Virus record (IMG/VR): IMGVR_UViG_3300034358_000008
Coordinates: 248,001 to 312,000 of that record
Direction: 5' to 3' (one strand)
Length of the DNA: 64,000 bases
A model generated the notes under the pieces. That model did no database searches. It worked only from the letters and a program-made list of their open reading frames with translations, and was not told where the DNA came from. The position numbers and the translations under genes are program-made. Shown here piece after piece: positions 38,745 through 48,520 of this stretch (positions are counted from its first letter, which is position 1; each line of letters starts with the position of its first letter).

Positions 38745-39176
38745 GTGGACTTTTTTGTTGACGCAGAATTTGATGTACCTACTAAGACCCTAATCAGTTT
38801 GGGCATCGTAAGCGCCGACGGTAACCGTGAGTTTTACGAAGTACTCGACTACTCTAATATTCAAGATCCGTGGGTTAAGGCTAACGTCATCCCTATCTTG
38901 GAAAAGGAACCGATCCCGCGCGAAGAATTTCAAGAGCGTCTTAAGCGCTTTGTTGGTCAATTCCCCGGCATGAACATAATCGTTAACCACCCGAACGATG
39001 TGATCTATTTTAGTGAAGCATTGTTATACGGTGACAAAGGCAAGTGGATTAAGATCCAACCTCTTACCTTTGATGTCGATGACGAACTAAGTGGTAAAGG
39101 CTCTAAGTTACTTCATAACGCCCTCCATGACGCAAGAGCTACCAGAGAAGACTGGCTCATGAAGAATGGTTTTTAA
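38745..39176 (+). CDS. DEDDh 3'-5' exonuclease (Rv2179c-like exoribonuclease family)
   Basis: FVDAEF, LISLGIV, HNALHDAR. Confidence 0.8.
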   Translation: MDFFVDAEFDVPTKTLISLGIVSADGNREFYEVLDYSNIQDPWVKANVIPILEKEPIPREEFQERLKRFVGQFPGMNIIVNHPNDVIYFSEALLYGDKGKWIKIQPLTFDVDDELSGKGSKLLHNALHDARATREDWLMKNGF

Positions 39177-39190
39177 ATAAGGAAATAGAA

Positions 39191-39862
39191 ATGTCAGTAT
39201 TTGAACAAATGACCTCTCAACCAAATCGCCGTTGCCGTCCTGAGACGCTCCTGCGGTTGCTGATGTCCACAAGTTATCCTCAGTCTACCTTGAGTGATCT
39301 CACACTTGCAATCGCGGTGCATGGTGGTCAGACTGATTCAGCAGAACTCGAACAAGATGCTTCGGGTATGCGTGAAGTAGAACGATCGTATTCGTTGTTT
39401 GACTTCATTCGTTGCATTGAGATTAAACGTGTAGATGGTGAGATTAAGATCATCACTAAATGTTTGGACATTGATCCAACCATGCGGGCTATTAATGATA
39501 GTGCCGAGACACACGTACAAATGGCTGCTGCTACAGTAAGCCTGATTAACGGTGATTCTCCATTGGCTGAGACAGATGCTTTGGCCATTCGTCTATTAGA
39601 GCTGTTCTACCGCTCTCAGGTTAAGTCTAAGCGTCCTAACGACACGATCGATAAGACTACGTGGCGTTACCGCAATAAGATACAAGACCGCTCCAATCCT
39701 GCTGGGAAGCGTGAGAACGTAGACTCTGATTTGTCCGTTAAAGAAGCTATTGATAAACTGGCTTCGAGTTTGGGTAAGAAGAACTTCCATGTGATCCTTA
39801 CACAGAACGCTATCCTGCTATTGGATCAGAAAGCACGTCTTTACGGTACACGTACGAAATGA
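39191..39862 (+). CDS. hypothetical protein
   Basis: AAGGA RBS, 223 aa. Confidence 0.8.
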   Translation: MSVFEQMTSQPNRRCRPETLLRLLMSTSYPQSTLSDLTLAIAVHGGQTDSAELEQDASGMREVERSYSLFDFIRCIEIKRVDGEIKIITKCLDIDPTMRAINDSAETHVQMAAATVSLINGDSPLAETDALAIRLLELFYRSQVKSKRPNDTIDKTTWRYRNKIQDRSNPAGKRENVDSDLSVKEAIDKLASSLGKKNFHVILTQNAILLLDQKARLYGTRTK

Positions 39863-39897
39863 CATAAAGCCCCTCCCGTTAAAGGAGGGGTCTTATG
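39862..39897. terminator. bidirectional terminator
   Basis: CCCCTCC-CGTTAAA-GGAGGGG flanked by CATA/TATG between convergent genes. Confidence 0.75.
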
Positions 39898-39900
39898 CCG

Positions 39901-41838
39901 TTATGCACCTACAGTCGAGTTGGCACCGATAACCCAATTAGAAGCATTGAGTGTGTTGACGGCCTTACGACCAACGTTGAACAGTACGTCAGCTTTCACT
40001 GGATGGAGTGTCCAGACAATCGGTAAGTCATCCCAGTAATAGACTTGGTTGGTATCTGCAATAATAACTGCATCACCGATAGCGCCTACTGCGGGTTTGT
40101 TCGTATTGAATGATGCGAGGTTTGCATAGATCTGTACACGAACCGGAGTCAGTTCAGAGCTTGCAAATGGTAGACGCATCTTACCCATCACCTTCCACCA
40201 CTGATTGTAAGTGGTAGTACCCAAGCTTTTAGCTGTGGTATAACACTTATCTGCAAATAGCGTTATGTCGCTTTGCACCTCCGCCACAGTTTTACCTGTG
40301 AAGTAAGGGTGTTGAAGGATCTGATTAATAAACGTCGAGATTCCACCACTAGCTTCCCAGTACGGTGTAACGTTAGGGATACTAATAGTAGTTGTCAAGC
40401 TGTATTCAAACGGATCAGTGATCGAGAACTTCAATACCGAACCATTCTTCACTGGCATTGGGTTACCCGAACCGCCGAATGGTAGGTACGCGGTATTACC
40501 TACACCCGCCGTTACGGAAGTCTGGAAGAAGCCAACCAAATTACCATCTACTTGAATCTTACCTCGTAAGGTGCCTTCGAATGCTGGGTCAGGACCGATC
40601 CCATAATCCACGACAGGTTTATAAGTGGTTGACGTAGCCAGTACAGACCGGTTAAAGGAATCACGTACAGTAACAGCAGACGGGTCAATTACAGTAAACA
40701 ACATTGGCTTAGTAATGATAGTACCATCATTCAACTGGACCAATACGTTAACCCGATATTTACCAGCTGTAGTCATGGGGATCACTAGAGCTTGTGTTGG
40801 ATCAACTGCTTCATCGGTATACAACTCAGGCATCACTAGAGATTCAGAAACCCCTGCGTAGATAGATGCTGAATCTGGTAATCCATTTAACAACGGGTGA
40901 GTTTGTGGTGGACCAGGAGCGCCAATTTGACGTTTGATTTCAGATACCAATACAGGACTACGATCAACGTTACCAGAGAAATAACAACCATACTCTTTTG
41001 CCAACAAGATAGCTGCCGCAGCAAATATACTACCACGAGACACAGCATCCTGAAGACTGGTATAGTTGTCACCGCAGTGGTCCGTAATGATAGCAATACC
41101 ATTACCCGCTGATCGATACGCTGCAAGTTCTTTTGCAAACCGATCTGTTACCCGTAAACTTGCCATATCGGCATAGTCTTTCAAACCGAAGAACACTACT
41201 GCTGCGTATTGATCTAAGTAGTTGAAGTCAAAGTCGATCTTAGTGCTCGCGTTAGGTGGCTCGTAATAAGTTGCCGTCCAGTTACCCGCTTGGACGATAC
41301 CAGTTAGAGTATCCTTAAACCCTAATGGGCCATCTGGACTAGATTGGCCAGCAGTAGGATTGTAATGTGAGTCGGTCAGTACAAAGGTTTCACCCTTAAT
41401 ACAGTCACCAATAAACAGTACCTTACGGTTACCTGCCGCAACCTTACGTGGGTTAGCAATAAAGTTCAATCCGTTATACAGGTACTTTTGTGCTGGAGTT
41501 AAAGTGGCAAACGTATTGGGTAGTGTTGCAGGATACGTCCCACCATTATTAGCTGCAAGCTGGTTATTGTAGAACTTAGGGAAACCCCCATCGTAGATAA
41601 CGTTACCACGTCCATCTTGAGTAACGGCTAGGAAAGGGCGATCGATAGTAGGTCCCGGATTAGGACCCGGTGGAACTGGCGTGATAGGACCACGGTCATA
41701 TGCCAAGATCTCAGTCAGGACTGGATTTCGTTCAGTACGTGTAACAATAGCCCGACGAGAGTTCGCCGGGAACGTTACGGTAAGTGTTTGACCCGTTGTG
41801 TAATAACCGGGTTCTAGAGAAGAGATGATCTCAGCCAT
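39901..41838 (-). CDS. putative virion structural (tail-fibre/baseplate-associated) protein
   Basis: 645 aa, Gly/Thr/Pro-rich beta-type composition, GNVIYDGGFPKFYN motif; role inferred. Confidence 0.55.
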   Translation of the reverse strand: MAEIISSLEPGYYTTGQTLTVTFPANSRRAIVTRTERNPVLTEILAYDRGPITPVPPGPNPGPTIDRPFLAVTQDGRGNVIYDGGFPKFYNNQLAANNGGTYPATLPNTFATLTPAQKYLYNGLNFIANPRKVAAGNRKVLFIGDCIKGETFVLTDSHYNPTAGQSSPDGPLGFKDTLTGIVQAGNWTATYYEPPNASTKIDFDFNYLDQYAAVVFFGLKDYADMASLRVTDRFAKELAAYRSAGNGIAIITDHCGDNYTSLQDAVSRGSIFAAAAILLAKEYGCYFSGNVDRSPVLVSEIKRQIGAPGPPQTHPLLNGLPDSASIYAGVSESLVMPELYTDEAVDPTQALVIPMTTAGKYRVNVLVQLNDGTIITKPMLFTVIDPSAVTVRDSFNRSVLATSTTYKPVVDYGIGPDPAFEGTLRGKIQVDGNLVGFFQTSVTAGVGNTAYLPFGGSGNPMPVKNGSVLKFSITDPFEYSLTTTISIPNVTPYWEASGGISTFINQILQHPYFTGKTVAEVQSDITLFADKCYTTAKSLGTTTYNQWWKVMGKMRLPFASSELTPVRVQIYANLASFNTNKPAVGAIGDAVIIADTNQVYYWDDLPIVWTLHPVKADVLFNVGRKAVNTLNASNWVIGANSTVGA

Positions 41839-41847
41839 GGGTCACAC

Positions 41848-42213
41848 CTATTTCTTAACCGGCATGGTAACACGAATGTGGTAAGTTACCACACCATTAT
41901 AGTTGTTCTTGATTACGACCTTACCATCAGCTTGGATTTCATACCGCAATACACTCAATGCATCAACGATTGGCGGAGTGGTTGGAATAGTCGGATCAAC
42001 CATACTCAGTTGGATACCGATAGAACCAGCGTAATACAGAGCGATGTCGAAACCCAGTTCAGTTGGTGCATCGTAGATGGTCTGACCATTGGCTGGAACA
42101 GTACCTGTCTTATAACGGAACGAAGCAGCCCCGCCGCTGGTAATAGCAGCCTTCACTTTAGCGAAGTATGCTTGCATTTGTTGGATCATGTAAGCTTTGC
42201 CTGTAGCGCTCAT
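41848..42213 (-). CDS. putative small virion protein
   Basis: AAGGT before ATG 42213 (MSATGKAY...); the longer ORF-track start overlaps the divergent endonuclease gene. Confidence 0.65.
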   Translation of the reverse strand: MSATGKAYMIQQMQAYFAKVKAAITSGGAASFRYKTGTVPANGQTIYDAPTELGFDIALYYAGSIGIQLSMVDPTIPTTPPIVDALSVLRYEIQADGKVVIKNNYNGVVTYHIRVTMPVKK

Positions 42214-42249
42214 GTCTTTTACCTTTAATGTTAGAACAATTTTAACAAC

Positions 42250-42257
42250 TATATCAT
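42250..42257 (+). promoter_or_regulatory. TATATCAT early-type promoter for the homing endonuclease
   Basis: Motif ~20 nt upstream of ATG 42277, with GGAGG RBS between. Confidence 0.55.
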
Positions 42258-42276
42258 TCACGTGGAGGAAAGCACT

Positions 42277-43050
42277 ATGCGTGAAAATATAACTTTGAAG
42301 TATCCAGATACGCCCGCCTTCTATAAGCTGACACTTAAGAGCGGACATTATTATGTTGGATCAACTAAACGTTTATCGAAACGGTTAAGAGATCACAGAC
42401 ATTATTTAGAAACTGGTACACACCACAACGAGAAGTTCCTCAGTCATTTTACCGAATGGTCTGAAGTCACTGTTGAGTTTAATGAGTATCAATTTCTGGA
42501 ATTAGCGAGGGCGCACGAACAGGCGCATCTCGATGAATATTATCTAGTGCCAGAACTATGTAACGTGGCTACTAACGTAGATAGTCTTTGGGGTGGACAA
42601 CATGGAATGCCTCAGGAGGTAAGGGATAAAATTGCTGCTGGGCATCGTGGTAAAACACATGGTCAAGCATTTAGAGATAAATGCCGAGAACGTATGTTAG
42701 GTTCAGTTATGTCTGATGAACATAAGCTAAAAATATCTGAAACCTTGAAAGGACGTGAAGTTAGTGTTGAACATCGTGCTAATCTCAGTAGGGCTTTGAA
42801 GGGTAAAGGCATCGGACGTAAGGCTTCTCCCAGTGCTATCGAGAATATGCGTAAAGCGCAACAAGGTAAAACAATGCCGGAAGAAGCTAAACGAAAAATT
42901 GCAGAAGCTAACTACAAACGTGTATCGGTGTATGATGTAGAATATGAATCACTCCAAGCCTGCGCGGTAGTTTATGATGTAAGTCACTCAACTGTTACTA
43001 ATAGGGCTAAATCGGATAAACCGAAATGGCATGGTTGGCGACTACTATGA
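42277..43050 (+). mobile_element. free-standing GIY-YIG homing endonuclease with NUMOD3-like repeats
   Basis: FYKL...YYVGST..L..R...H; repeated E-x-R/K-x-KIS/A...KG units; ~38% GC over 42301-42420; opposite strand to neighbours. Confidence 0.85.
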
Positions 43051-43054
43051 AAAT

Positions 43055-43080
43055 AATGAGTGGGCATCAGCCCACTCATT
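43055..43080. terminator. bidirectional terminator
   Basis: AATGAGTGGGC-ATCA-GCCCACTCATT. Confidence 0.8.
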
Positions 43081-43094
43081 TATAGTTTCTTTTT

Positions 43095-45224
43095 TTATCT
43101 CATCCAAGATGGTAGCAATGGCTTAGATTCTTGCTTGTACGTAAATTGATTGAAATCAATTTTGATATCATACATTTCAAAAGCCTTCGTCAATGTTTGA
43201 TACATTATTTTGTTATCATCAAACTGACCTTCCTTTATTGCTTCCATAGCTGCTTGTTCAAATACGTCACCTTCGACAAATGGTGACGATATTCCCATTA
43301 TGAGCGAAACTTGTTCAGTAGACCATGCCAAGATATCGGCAGAGCGAGTGGAAATGTTTGGGATCTCTCCAGTGTCAAGGATACATTGATAAACGTAAGT
43401 CTGAGAGTCTTGCCCTAAACGATAGATACGGGAAATCGCCTGTTCCAGAATGTAAGCACGGAAAGGAGAGTTCAACAGGATCATCGTGTCTGCCATGGTG
43501 AGTCGTACACCAGTAGACAGCGAGGCATATGTAGCCAACAACGGGTTCAGTTTGTCATCTGTTTCGAAACGCTTAACCATAGCTGGGAGATCGTTAGACG
43601 TCTTCCCGTATACAACCAATGGCTTCATACCCAGTCGAGTAGTAAACACGTCAGCGGCGTCTACAGCCTCGATGAAGCTGGTAAACATGATGGTCTTCTT
43701 CTGAGTAGACTCAACAATGCCAACCCAGTCGATATGTGGGATCATAGCCACGTTTGCTTCGATACGCATACCACCTACGATCCGGCCCAATACTTCACCT
43801 TGGATCTTAAGGTTAACGTATTTGATTACAGACTTAACGTCACGGAATCGTGGGATCATCTCACGGGGTAAGAGTTTCTCAAAGACATGCTTCTCAAATG
43901 AGTTAGCCGCCTTCATCTCATCACCCAAGAACCTAGGGTCTGGTGTACGAGAAATCAAGTGTACCTTATACAGATACTCATCGAACTCTACCAGTTCTTG
44001 TTTCTTGATGATCTTAGATCGGGCAAGCTTAACGCATTGATCCCAGAACTTAAGATCATCAGGGCGGCGGTCTTTATAGTAGGTTGCTCGTTCTTTGATG
44101 AAAGCTTCCATGACCTTACGAATAGCAGGTAGGGTAAACCGCTCACCATCTGGAATACGGATTGGGTAACTACGCATGATCGGTGGTAACAGCTCAGCGT
44201 CAATCTCACCCTTCTCTACTTTATACGACACCAAACCCAATCGGTGACGAATAATGTCCAACCCTTTCGAAGCTTCCTTACCGTACATCTTCTTGAAGGC
44301 AAGTTCTACACGTGGAGTGAACAGTGGATCTACTACGCGGAGCAGAGTAATGATCTCAGCACCCAGTGCTTTAACTGGTGTACCGGAGCCTTGGATGTTA
44401 TCACGTGAACCAAACTTCTTAACCAGTTCTTGATACAGCATACTACGTGCGGAAGTAGGATCGTTCATGTTGTGCGATTCATCTAGAATCGTAACGATCT
44501 TCTTACCAGCGAAAGACTTAGGGTTCTCAAAGATCTCGTTGAGTTTATGCATTGCGTCGTAGTGACACAGTACCCAACGTTGCCCAGTGTATTCCATCGG
44601 TGTGCCGGAATGCCAGATCGTCTGAGGTGTCTTAAACATCTCATTAATCGATTCGAGCCATACTGACTCTAGAACGATTTTAGGACAGAAGACTATGACG
44701 AGGTCAGCGTTCAACATTTCGGCTAGTGCAGAGGCCATGTAGGTCTTCCCAGAACCTGCTGCGGCTGCCATCAAGTCACCCAGTAAGTTATACTGGTCCA
44801 GACGGTAGCTATAGTTCTCGAAGTACTCCATTTGATACGGCTTAGCTGTATAAGTGAGGTTACTCAGCTTACGGAAGTCTAGTCGTCCAGGGACAGTGGC
44901 TTTATCTACCGGTTTGGTATTAGCTAGATACGTATTCGTCATCATCGCTTCAATGATACCATTGATAGCTTTAATGCTAGTCCAACGGTTTCGATAGAAC
45001 TTGATGTTCTCCAGAATGTACATGATCTCTGGAGCCCAGAACTTATCAAAGCTAAAGGAACCACTACTTACGGTGTTGAAGATGTTTTGGGAAATGCGAG
45101 TTGTCTTCCAGAACTTATCCATGTCTCGGATAATGTCCTTAGCTCTGATACCAGAGACGACGATCTCAGCATTAGTCTCCTTTACGGTTACATTACCGAA
45201 TAAGGATCTGAATGAGTCGATCAT
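43095..45224 (-). CDS. SF2 (SNF2-like) helicase
   Basis: AAAGSGKT, LDESH, GSGTP, STGVRL, QAISRIYRLGQ. Confidence 0.9.
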   Translation of the reverse strand: MIDSFRSLFGNVTVKETNAEIVVSGIRAKDIIRDMDKFWKTTRISQNIFNTVSSGSFSFDKFWAPEIMYILENIKFYRNRWTSIKAINGIIEAMMTNTYLANTKPVDKATVPGRLDFRKLSNLTYTAKPYQMEYFENYSYRLDQYNLLGDLMAAAAGSGKTYMASALAEMLNADLVIVFCPKIVLESVWLESINEMFKTPQTIWHSGTPMEYTGQRWVLCHYDAMHKLNEIFENPKSFAGKKIVTILDESHNMNDPTSARSMLYQELVKKFGSRDNIQGSGTPVKALGAEIITLLRVVDPLFTPRVELAFKKMYGKEASKGLDIIRHRLGLVSYKVEKGEIDAELLPPIMRSYPIRIPDGERFTLPAIRKVMEAFIKERATYYKDRRPDDLKFWDQCVKLARSKIIKKQELVEFDEYLYKVHLISRTPDPRFLGDEMKAANSFEKHVFEKLLPREMIPRFRDVKSVIKYVNLKIQGEVLGRIVGGMRIEANVAMIPHIDWVGIVESTQKKTIMFTSFIEAVDAADVFTTRLGMKPLVVYGKTSNDLPAMVKRFETDDKLNPLLATYASLSTGVRLTMADTMILLNSPFRAYILEQAISRIYRLGQDSQTYVYQCILDTGEIPNISTRSADILAWSTEQVSLIMGISSPFVEGDVFEQAAMEAIKEGQFDDNKIMYQTLTKAFEMYDIKIDFNQFTYKQESKPLLPSWMR

Positions 45225-45376
45225 TAGATGTTCCCTTGGGTTGGTATGATTAAAGATTCATAAAATGAGTAGACAAGTACTTGGTTGAGGTATGTAATGG
45301 AGAGGGGAGATTTGAATTCAAAAGTATATAAAAGCTATTACGGAGTAATAAGCATTATTGAAAGCTCTTATAGACC

Positions 45377-45384
45377 TATATTAC
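45377..45384 (+). promoter_or_regulatory. early promoter motif TATATTAC
   Basis: Second exact copy, in AT-rich intergenic region at the head of a + strand operon. Confidence 0.7.
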
Positions 45385-45419
45385 TCTTGTGAATCTACTA
45401 CCATTAAAGGAATTTAAAG

Positions 45420-45656
45420 ATGTCTATGAAAACAGATAAGTCGAAATACGAAGCTGAATGGAAAATGCGTGGCTGGGGACCTAAGTTCACTTGCCCTAGT
45501 CATTACGCCAAAGTCTATTTCGATACTCCAGAGGAAATGGAGGATTGGGTTAAGCATAACAACGAGCTACCTACTAATCACAGGTGGGCTAAGTATTTTG
45601 AAGTTAGGGATCTTGAGACGGATAGGATTGTCCATCGTAATCATTACCCTTACTAA
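45420..45656 (+). CDS. hypothetical early protein
   Basis: AAGGA RBS; own promoter and terminator (45662-45681). Confidence 0.8.
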   Translation: MSMKTDKSKYEAEWKMRGWGPKFTCPSHYAKVYFDTPEEMEDWVKHNNELPTNHRWAKYFEVRDLETDRIVHRNHYPY

Positions 45657-45732
45657 TAATAGCCCTACCTCACGGTAGGGCGCTATACCTTTTCTTTTTT
45701 GTTTAAAAGAATACTTCAGCATACATGGTATA

Positions 45733-45855
45733 GTCAAGAAGCAGTCCGTGCAATTACGCACTGCGTTCAAGGGGGTGATCCAGCCATAGGTGACCTGGTA
45801 CGTTAAGAATACTAGCGGGAGCTAGCATCAGTACCTAACTACGTGCTTCTTCGAC
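45733..45855 (+). ncRNA. candidate structured non-coding RNA
   Basis: Ends pair (AAGAAGCA/TGCTTCTT); inner hairpins incl. CTAGC-GGGA-GCTAG; no ORF; lies between two terminators. Confidence 0.5.
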
Positions 45856-45888
45856 TTTCATTAGGCTTATCTAATCTAATGGGTATCT

Positions 45889-45915
45889 AGCCTTCCCTTA
45901 GCGGGAAGGCTTTAT
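45889..45915 (+). terminator. intrinsic terminator
   Basis: AGCCTTCCC-TTAGC-GGGAAGGCT + TT. Confidence 0.8.
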
Positions 45916-45942
45916 GCCGTCACTAACAATTGAGGATTGTTT

Positions 45943-46122
45943 ATGAAGGTCGATTATAACAACGTGGATGGTCGAGAATGTGCTGTGAAACCTAATTACA
46001 AGTTTTTTGTCGAAGAAGCTCTCAAGCGTGTAGGCGAAGGGTTTCGAGCAGCTACTGAGAGAGACCCATGTACCGCTAGAGATAACGGTGAACCTAACGT
46101 TAATGAGAGAAGATACAGATGA
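45943..46122 (+). CDS. small charged hypothetical protein
   Basis: GAGG RBS, ATG 45943. Confidence 0.65.
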   Translation: MKVDYNNVDGRECAVKPNYKFFVEEALKRVGEGFRAATERDPCTARDNGEPNVNERRYR

Positions 46123-46361
46123 GTAGAAATGCAGACAAGACTTCAGCAGCGGGGTCGATAGCAGAATCTAGAGATAAGAAGACTGACTATCGAATGTTTC
46201 AACAACGGGGTAAGAGTGATCAGACCTGGAGTTCCACTGAGGGTGCGCGGATTGAAAATGAACAAGATATGGATAACATCCATGACAGTAAGACTGATCT
46301 ATACAGACTGAGTTGGAAGACCGACGTACAACGTGGTTTGATTGACGATAAGTGGTGGTGA
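46119..46361 (+). CDS. small charged hypothetical protein
   Basis: ATGA coupling. Confidence 0.65.
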   Translation: MSRNADKTSAAGSIAESRDKKTDYRMFQQRGKSDQTWSSTEGARIENEQDMDNIHDSKTDLYRLSWKTDVQRGLIDDKWW

Positions 46362-46362
46362 T

Positions 46363-46599
46363 ATGAGTAGATACGACCAAGACAAGGGAACAATTGTAGA
46401 GTTAGTGGGTTATCCCGGTCGCGGAGAACTTAAACCATCCTTCACCCCTGATCGATTCCACAACACAGATGCTGAATCCGTTGCACATTCAATGGATCGA
46501 ATCATCGAGCGTGCAGATGAGGACGATCGACTCGAGATGACGGAACGACAACAGACATGGGCCTTCTATAGTCGCCAGCCATTTGATACTAGTCAATAG
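46363..46599 (+). CDS. small charged hypothetical protein
   Basis: ATG 46363, 1 nt after the previous stop. Confidence 0.65.
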   Translation: MSRYDQDKGTIVELVGYPGRGELKPSFTPDRFHNTDAESVAHSMDRIIERADEDDRLEMTERQQTWAFYSRQPFDTSQ

Positions 46600-46623
46600 A
46601 AAAATCTTCAGATTTATATCATA
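46594..46623 (+). promoter_or_regulatory. 30-nt repeated putative early promoter
   Basis: Identical to 29130-29159. Confidence 0.7.
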
Positions 46624-46656
46624 CACGGGCAATACTTACCCCAAGAGGATTAAATC

Positions 46657-46854
46657 ATGTCCCGTAAACAAGTGCATTTGATCGTTAATGCCGAACACGC
46701 TCTTCTCCGTACTCCATCGTTAGATAACCGTATCTGGTTTTCAGCACAACGTTTGGTTAATCGTTGTCGTCGTGGTTTGGTAAAACAGATTAGCGTTACT
46801 GATCGTGAACCGAGTATGAAGTTTGATGCTCCGCTCATTGGACGTGTGTTCTAA
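46657..46854 (+). CDS. hypothetical basic protein
   Basis: GAGGA RBS. Confidence 0.7.
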   Translation: MSRKQVHLIVNAEHALLRTPSLDNRIWFSAQRLVNRCRRGLVKQISVTDREPSMKFDAPLIGRVF

Positions 46855-47234
46855 TGGACATGACTACAACCCAACGTGGGTTTGGTCTCCATGAGTTTGA
46901 GGACCGGTACGGTTCGAAGTGTTCGCTACAAGAGTCATCGGCCAGTGGTGATGAAGACACTGGTGCATTCATTTGGTTCGGTGTTGATAAACCTGAAGTA
47001 AAAGTATTCCGTCCAAATGAATCAGGTTGGCAGAATGTACCGTTGCCAGAAGATGTGATGATCACTGGTCGCATGCATCTGTCACAGGTAGAAGTAACTC
47101 GGTTGCTGCCTTCCCTCCAATACTTCGCGCATAGTGGTTATCTCCCTAATACGGAAGAACATGCTAAGTTCGTTGAGCACATTAAACCGGCTAACGATCT
47201 CGTTGCCTCCTATTTTGAAGAAGTGAGTAGCTAA
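46854..47234 (+). CDS. widespread phage hypothetical protein
   Basis: T-x-RGF...F-x-D-x-YG..CSLQ-x-SS...IW-x-G...RMHL pattern recognised from memory. Confidence 0.75.
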   Translation: MDMTTTQRGFGLHEFEDRYGSKCSLQESSASGDEDTGAFIWFGVDKPEVKVFRPNESGWQNVPLPEDVMITGRMHLSQVEVTRLLPSLQYFAHSGYLPNTEEHAKFVEHIKPANDLVASYFEEVSS

Positions 47235-47235
47235 T

Positions 47236-47601
47236 ATGCTGCGTAAGATCGACCCAAAGACCAAACTCGGACGTCGCCTGTTGACTATCGGCACGTACTA
47301 CCAGAATGAATCCAGTAGCAAATCGGGTCGGGTTAGTAAGTTGATCCGTTCTGATAACACCTTCTTCAAGATCGGTGTTACAGCGAATGGTACTTTCAGC
47401 CTGAACTATAGCGGCTTACTCAATGACAAACATACTGTCATCGAATTGCTGTACGGTAACTTAACGGTAGAACAGTACATCGGGGATGTGCTGCGTTATG
47501 TCACTGACGCTGATGCAATCAAGTTGTTGGACCGGTTGTTGAAAGCTGAGTTCAAACATGTACCGTCCAAAGTCACGCGTGCTGACACTATTCACATCTA
47601 A
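47236..47601 (+). CDS. hypothetical protein
   Basis: 121 aa, 1-nt spacing. Confidence 0.75.
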   Translation: MLRKIDPKTKLGRRLLTIGTYYQNESSSKSGRVSKLIRSDNTFFKIGVTANGTFSLNYSGLLNDKHTVIELLYGNLTVEQYIGDVLRYVTDADAIKLLDRLLKAEFKHVPSKVTRADTIHI

Positions 47602-47611
47602 GGGGTTTACA

Positions 47612-48511
47612 ATGGGCTGCGACGTTCATCCGTCTTTTCAACGTAAGACAATCGATGTAGAAACCGGCAAAGAAAGCTGGGAATATATCCTGGATCACAA
47701 ATACGAAGGCAACCGTCACTACTTCCTATTTGGATGGTTGGCTAACGTTCGTAATGGCCTTGGCTTTGCTGGTTGCGATACTGGTGATGCTATCCGACCT
47801 TTGGCTGCTCCTCGTGGACTACCTGAAGATCTGGTAAAGCTTACTTCACCAGAACACGAGTATGAATACGAAGATCCGGCTTGGCGTCAGTTCTACCACA
47901 ATGGTGGTGGTGATTTCGGTGATCACTCGCAAAGCTGGTTGACTAGTACTGAGATCATTGAAGGTGCTAAGAACTTCAACGCTGTGCACCGTCGTGGCGT
48001 AATCAGCATGTCCGAATATCTCGCTTGGGATAAGAAGACTGCACTCGAATCGTGGTCCGGCGGTATCTGGGGTAAAGGACATTCCACGGTTGATCAAGCC
48101 GATGTTACCCCGGAACAAATCAGATCGCAAGCTTACGCTAGTGAACTCAGTCGACTGATCGAGGCTGAACAGGCCAAGAACCGTTGGGTTGTTAAGACTG
48201 TCAAAGCTCTGGTCTTTGAGGATGACAAATATAATAACATCGGTTGGCTGTTCCAGTCGCGCCCATCGTTCCACGAGCCGAAGGTTGAGAAGCTTGTCCG
48301 CAAACGTGTTCTGGTACGTAAGACAGCTAAGCAGAAGCATCTGGCTAAGTTGAATCGCTACGCTCGTCGTATCGGTACTATCAGTGTTCGCGTGCAGTGG
48401 ACGCTTGACAATGAGGCTATCTACAAAGAGTTCGCTTATTTCATCGATGAAGTGAAACGACTGCATGAACTGTACGGTGAAGTCCGTATGGTGTTCGGTT
48501 TCGATTCTTAA
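47612..48511 (+). CDS. widespread phage hypothetical protein (MGCDVH...RMVFGFDS family)
   Basis: MGCD-x-H, R-x-Y-x-LF-x-x-LA-x-VRN, PRGLP, H-S-x-SWL, VFGFD. Confidence 0.8.
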   Translation: MGCDVHPSFQRKTIDVETGKESWEYILDHKYEGNRHYFLFGWLANVRNGLGFAGCDTGDAIRPLAAPRGLPEDLVKLTSPEHEYEYEDPAWRQFYHNGGGDFGDHSQSWLTSTEIIEGAKNFNAVHRRGVISMSEYLAWDKKTALESWSGGIWGKGHSTVDQADVTPEQIRSQAYASELSRLIEAEQAKNRWVVKTVKALVFEDDKYNNIGWLFQSRPSFHEPKVEKLVRKRVLVRKTAKQKHLAKLNRYARRIGTISVRVQWTLDNEAIYKEFAYFIDEVKRLHELYGEVRMVFGFDS

Positions 48512-48520
48512 GAGGTTAGC

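Noticed and set aside
42214-42348. N-terminal extension of the 41848 gene in the ORF track
   Set aside because: Overlaps the divergent endonuclease promoter, RBS and start; ATG 42213 has its own RBS.
45733-45855. Assignment of the structured RNA to pistol, HDV-like or preQ1 families
   Set aside because: Only a short ACGTTAA coincidence with pistol; required pseudoknot pairings and A-rich tail not found by eye.
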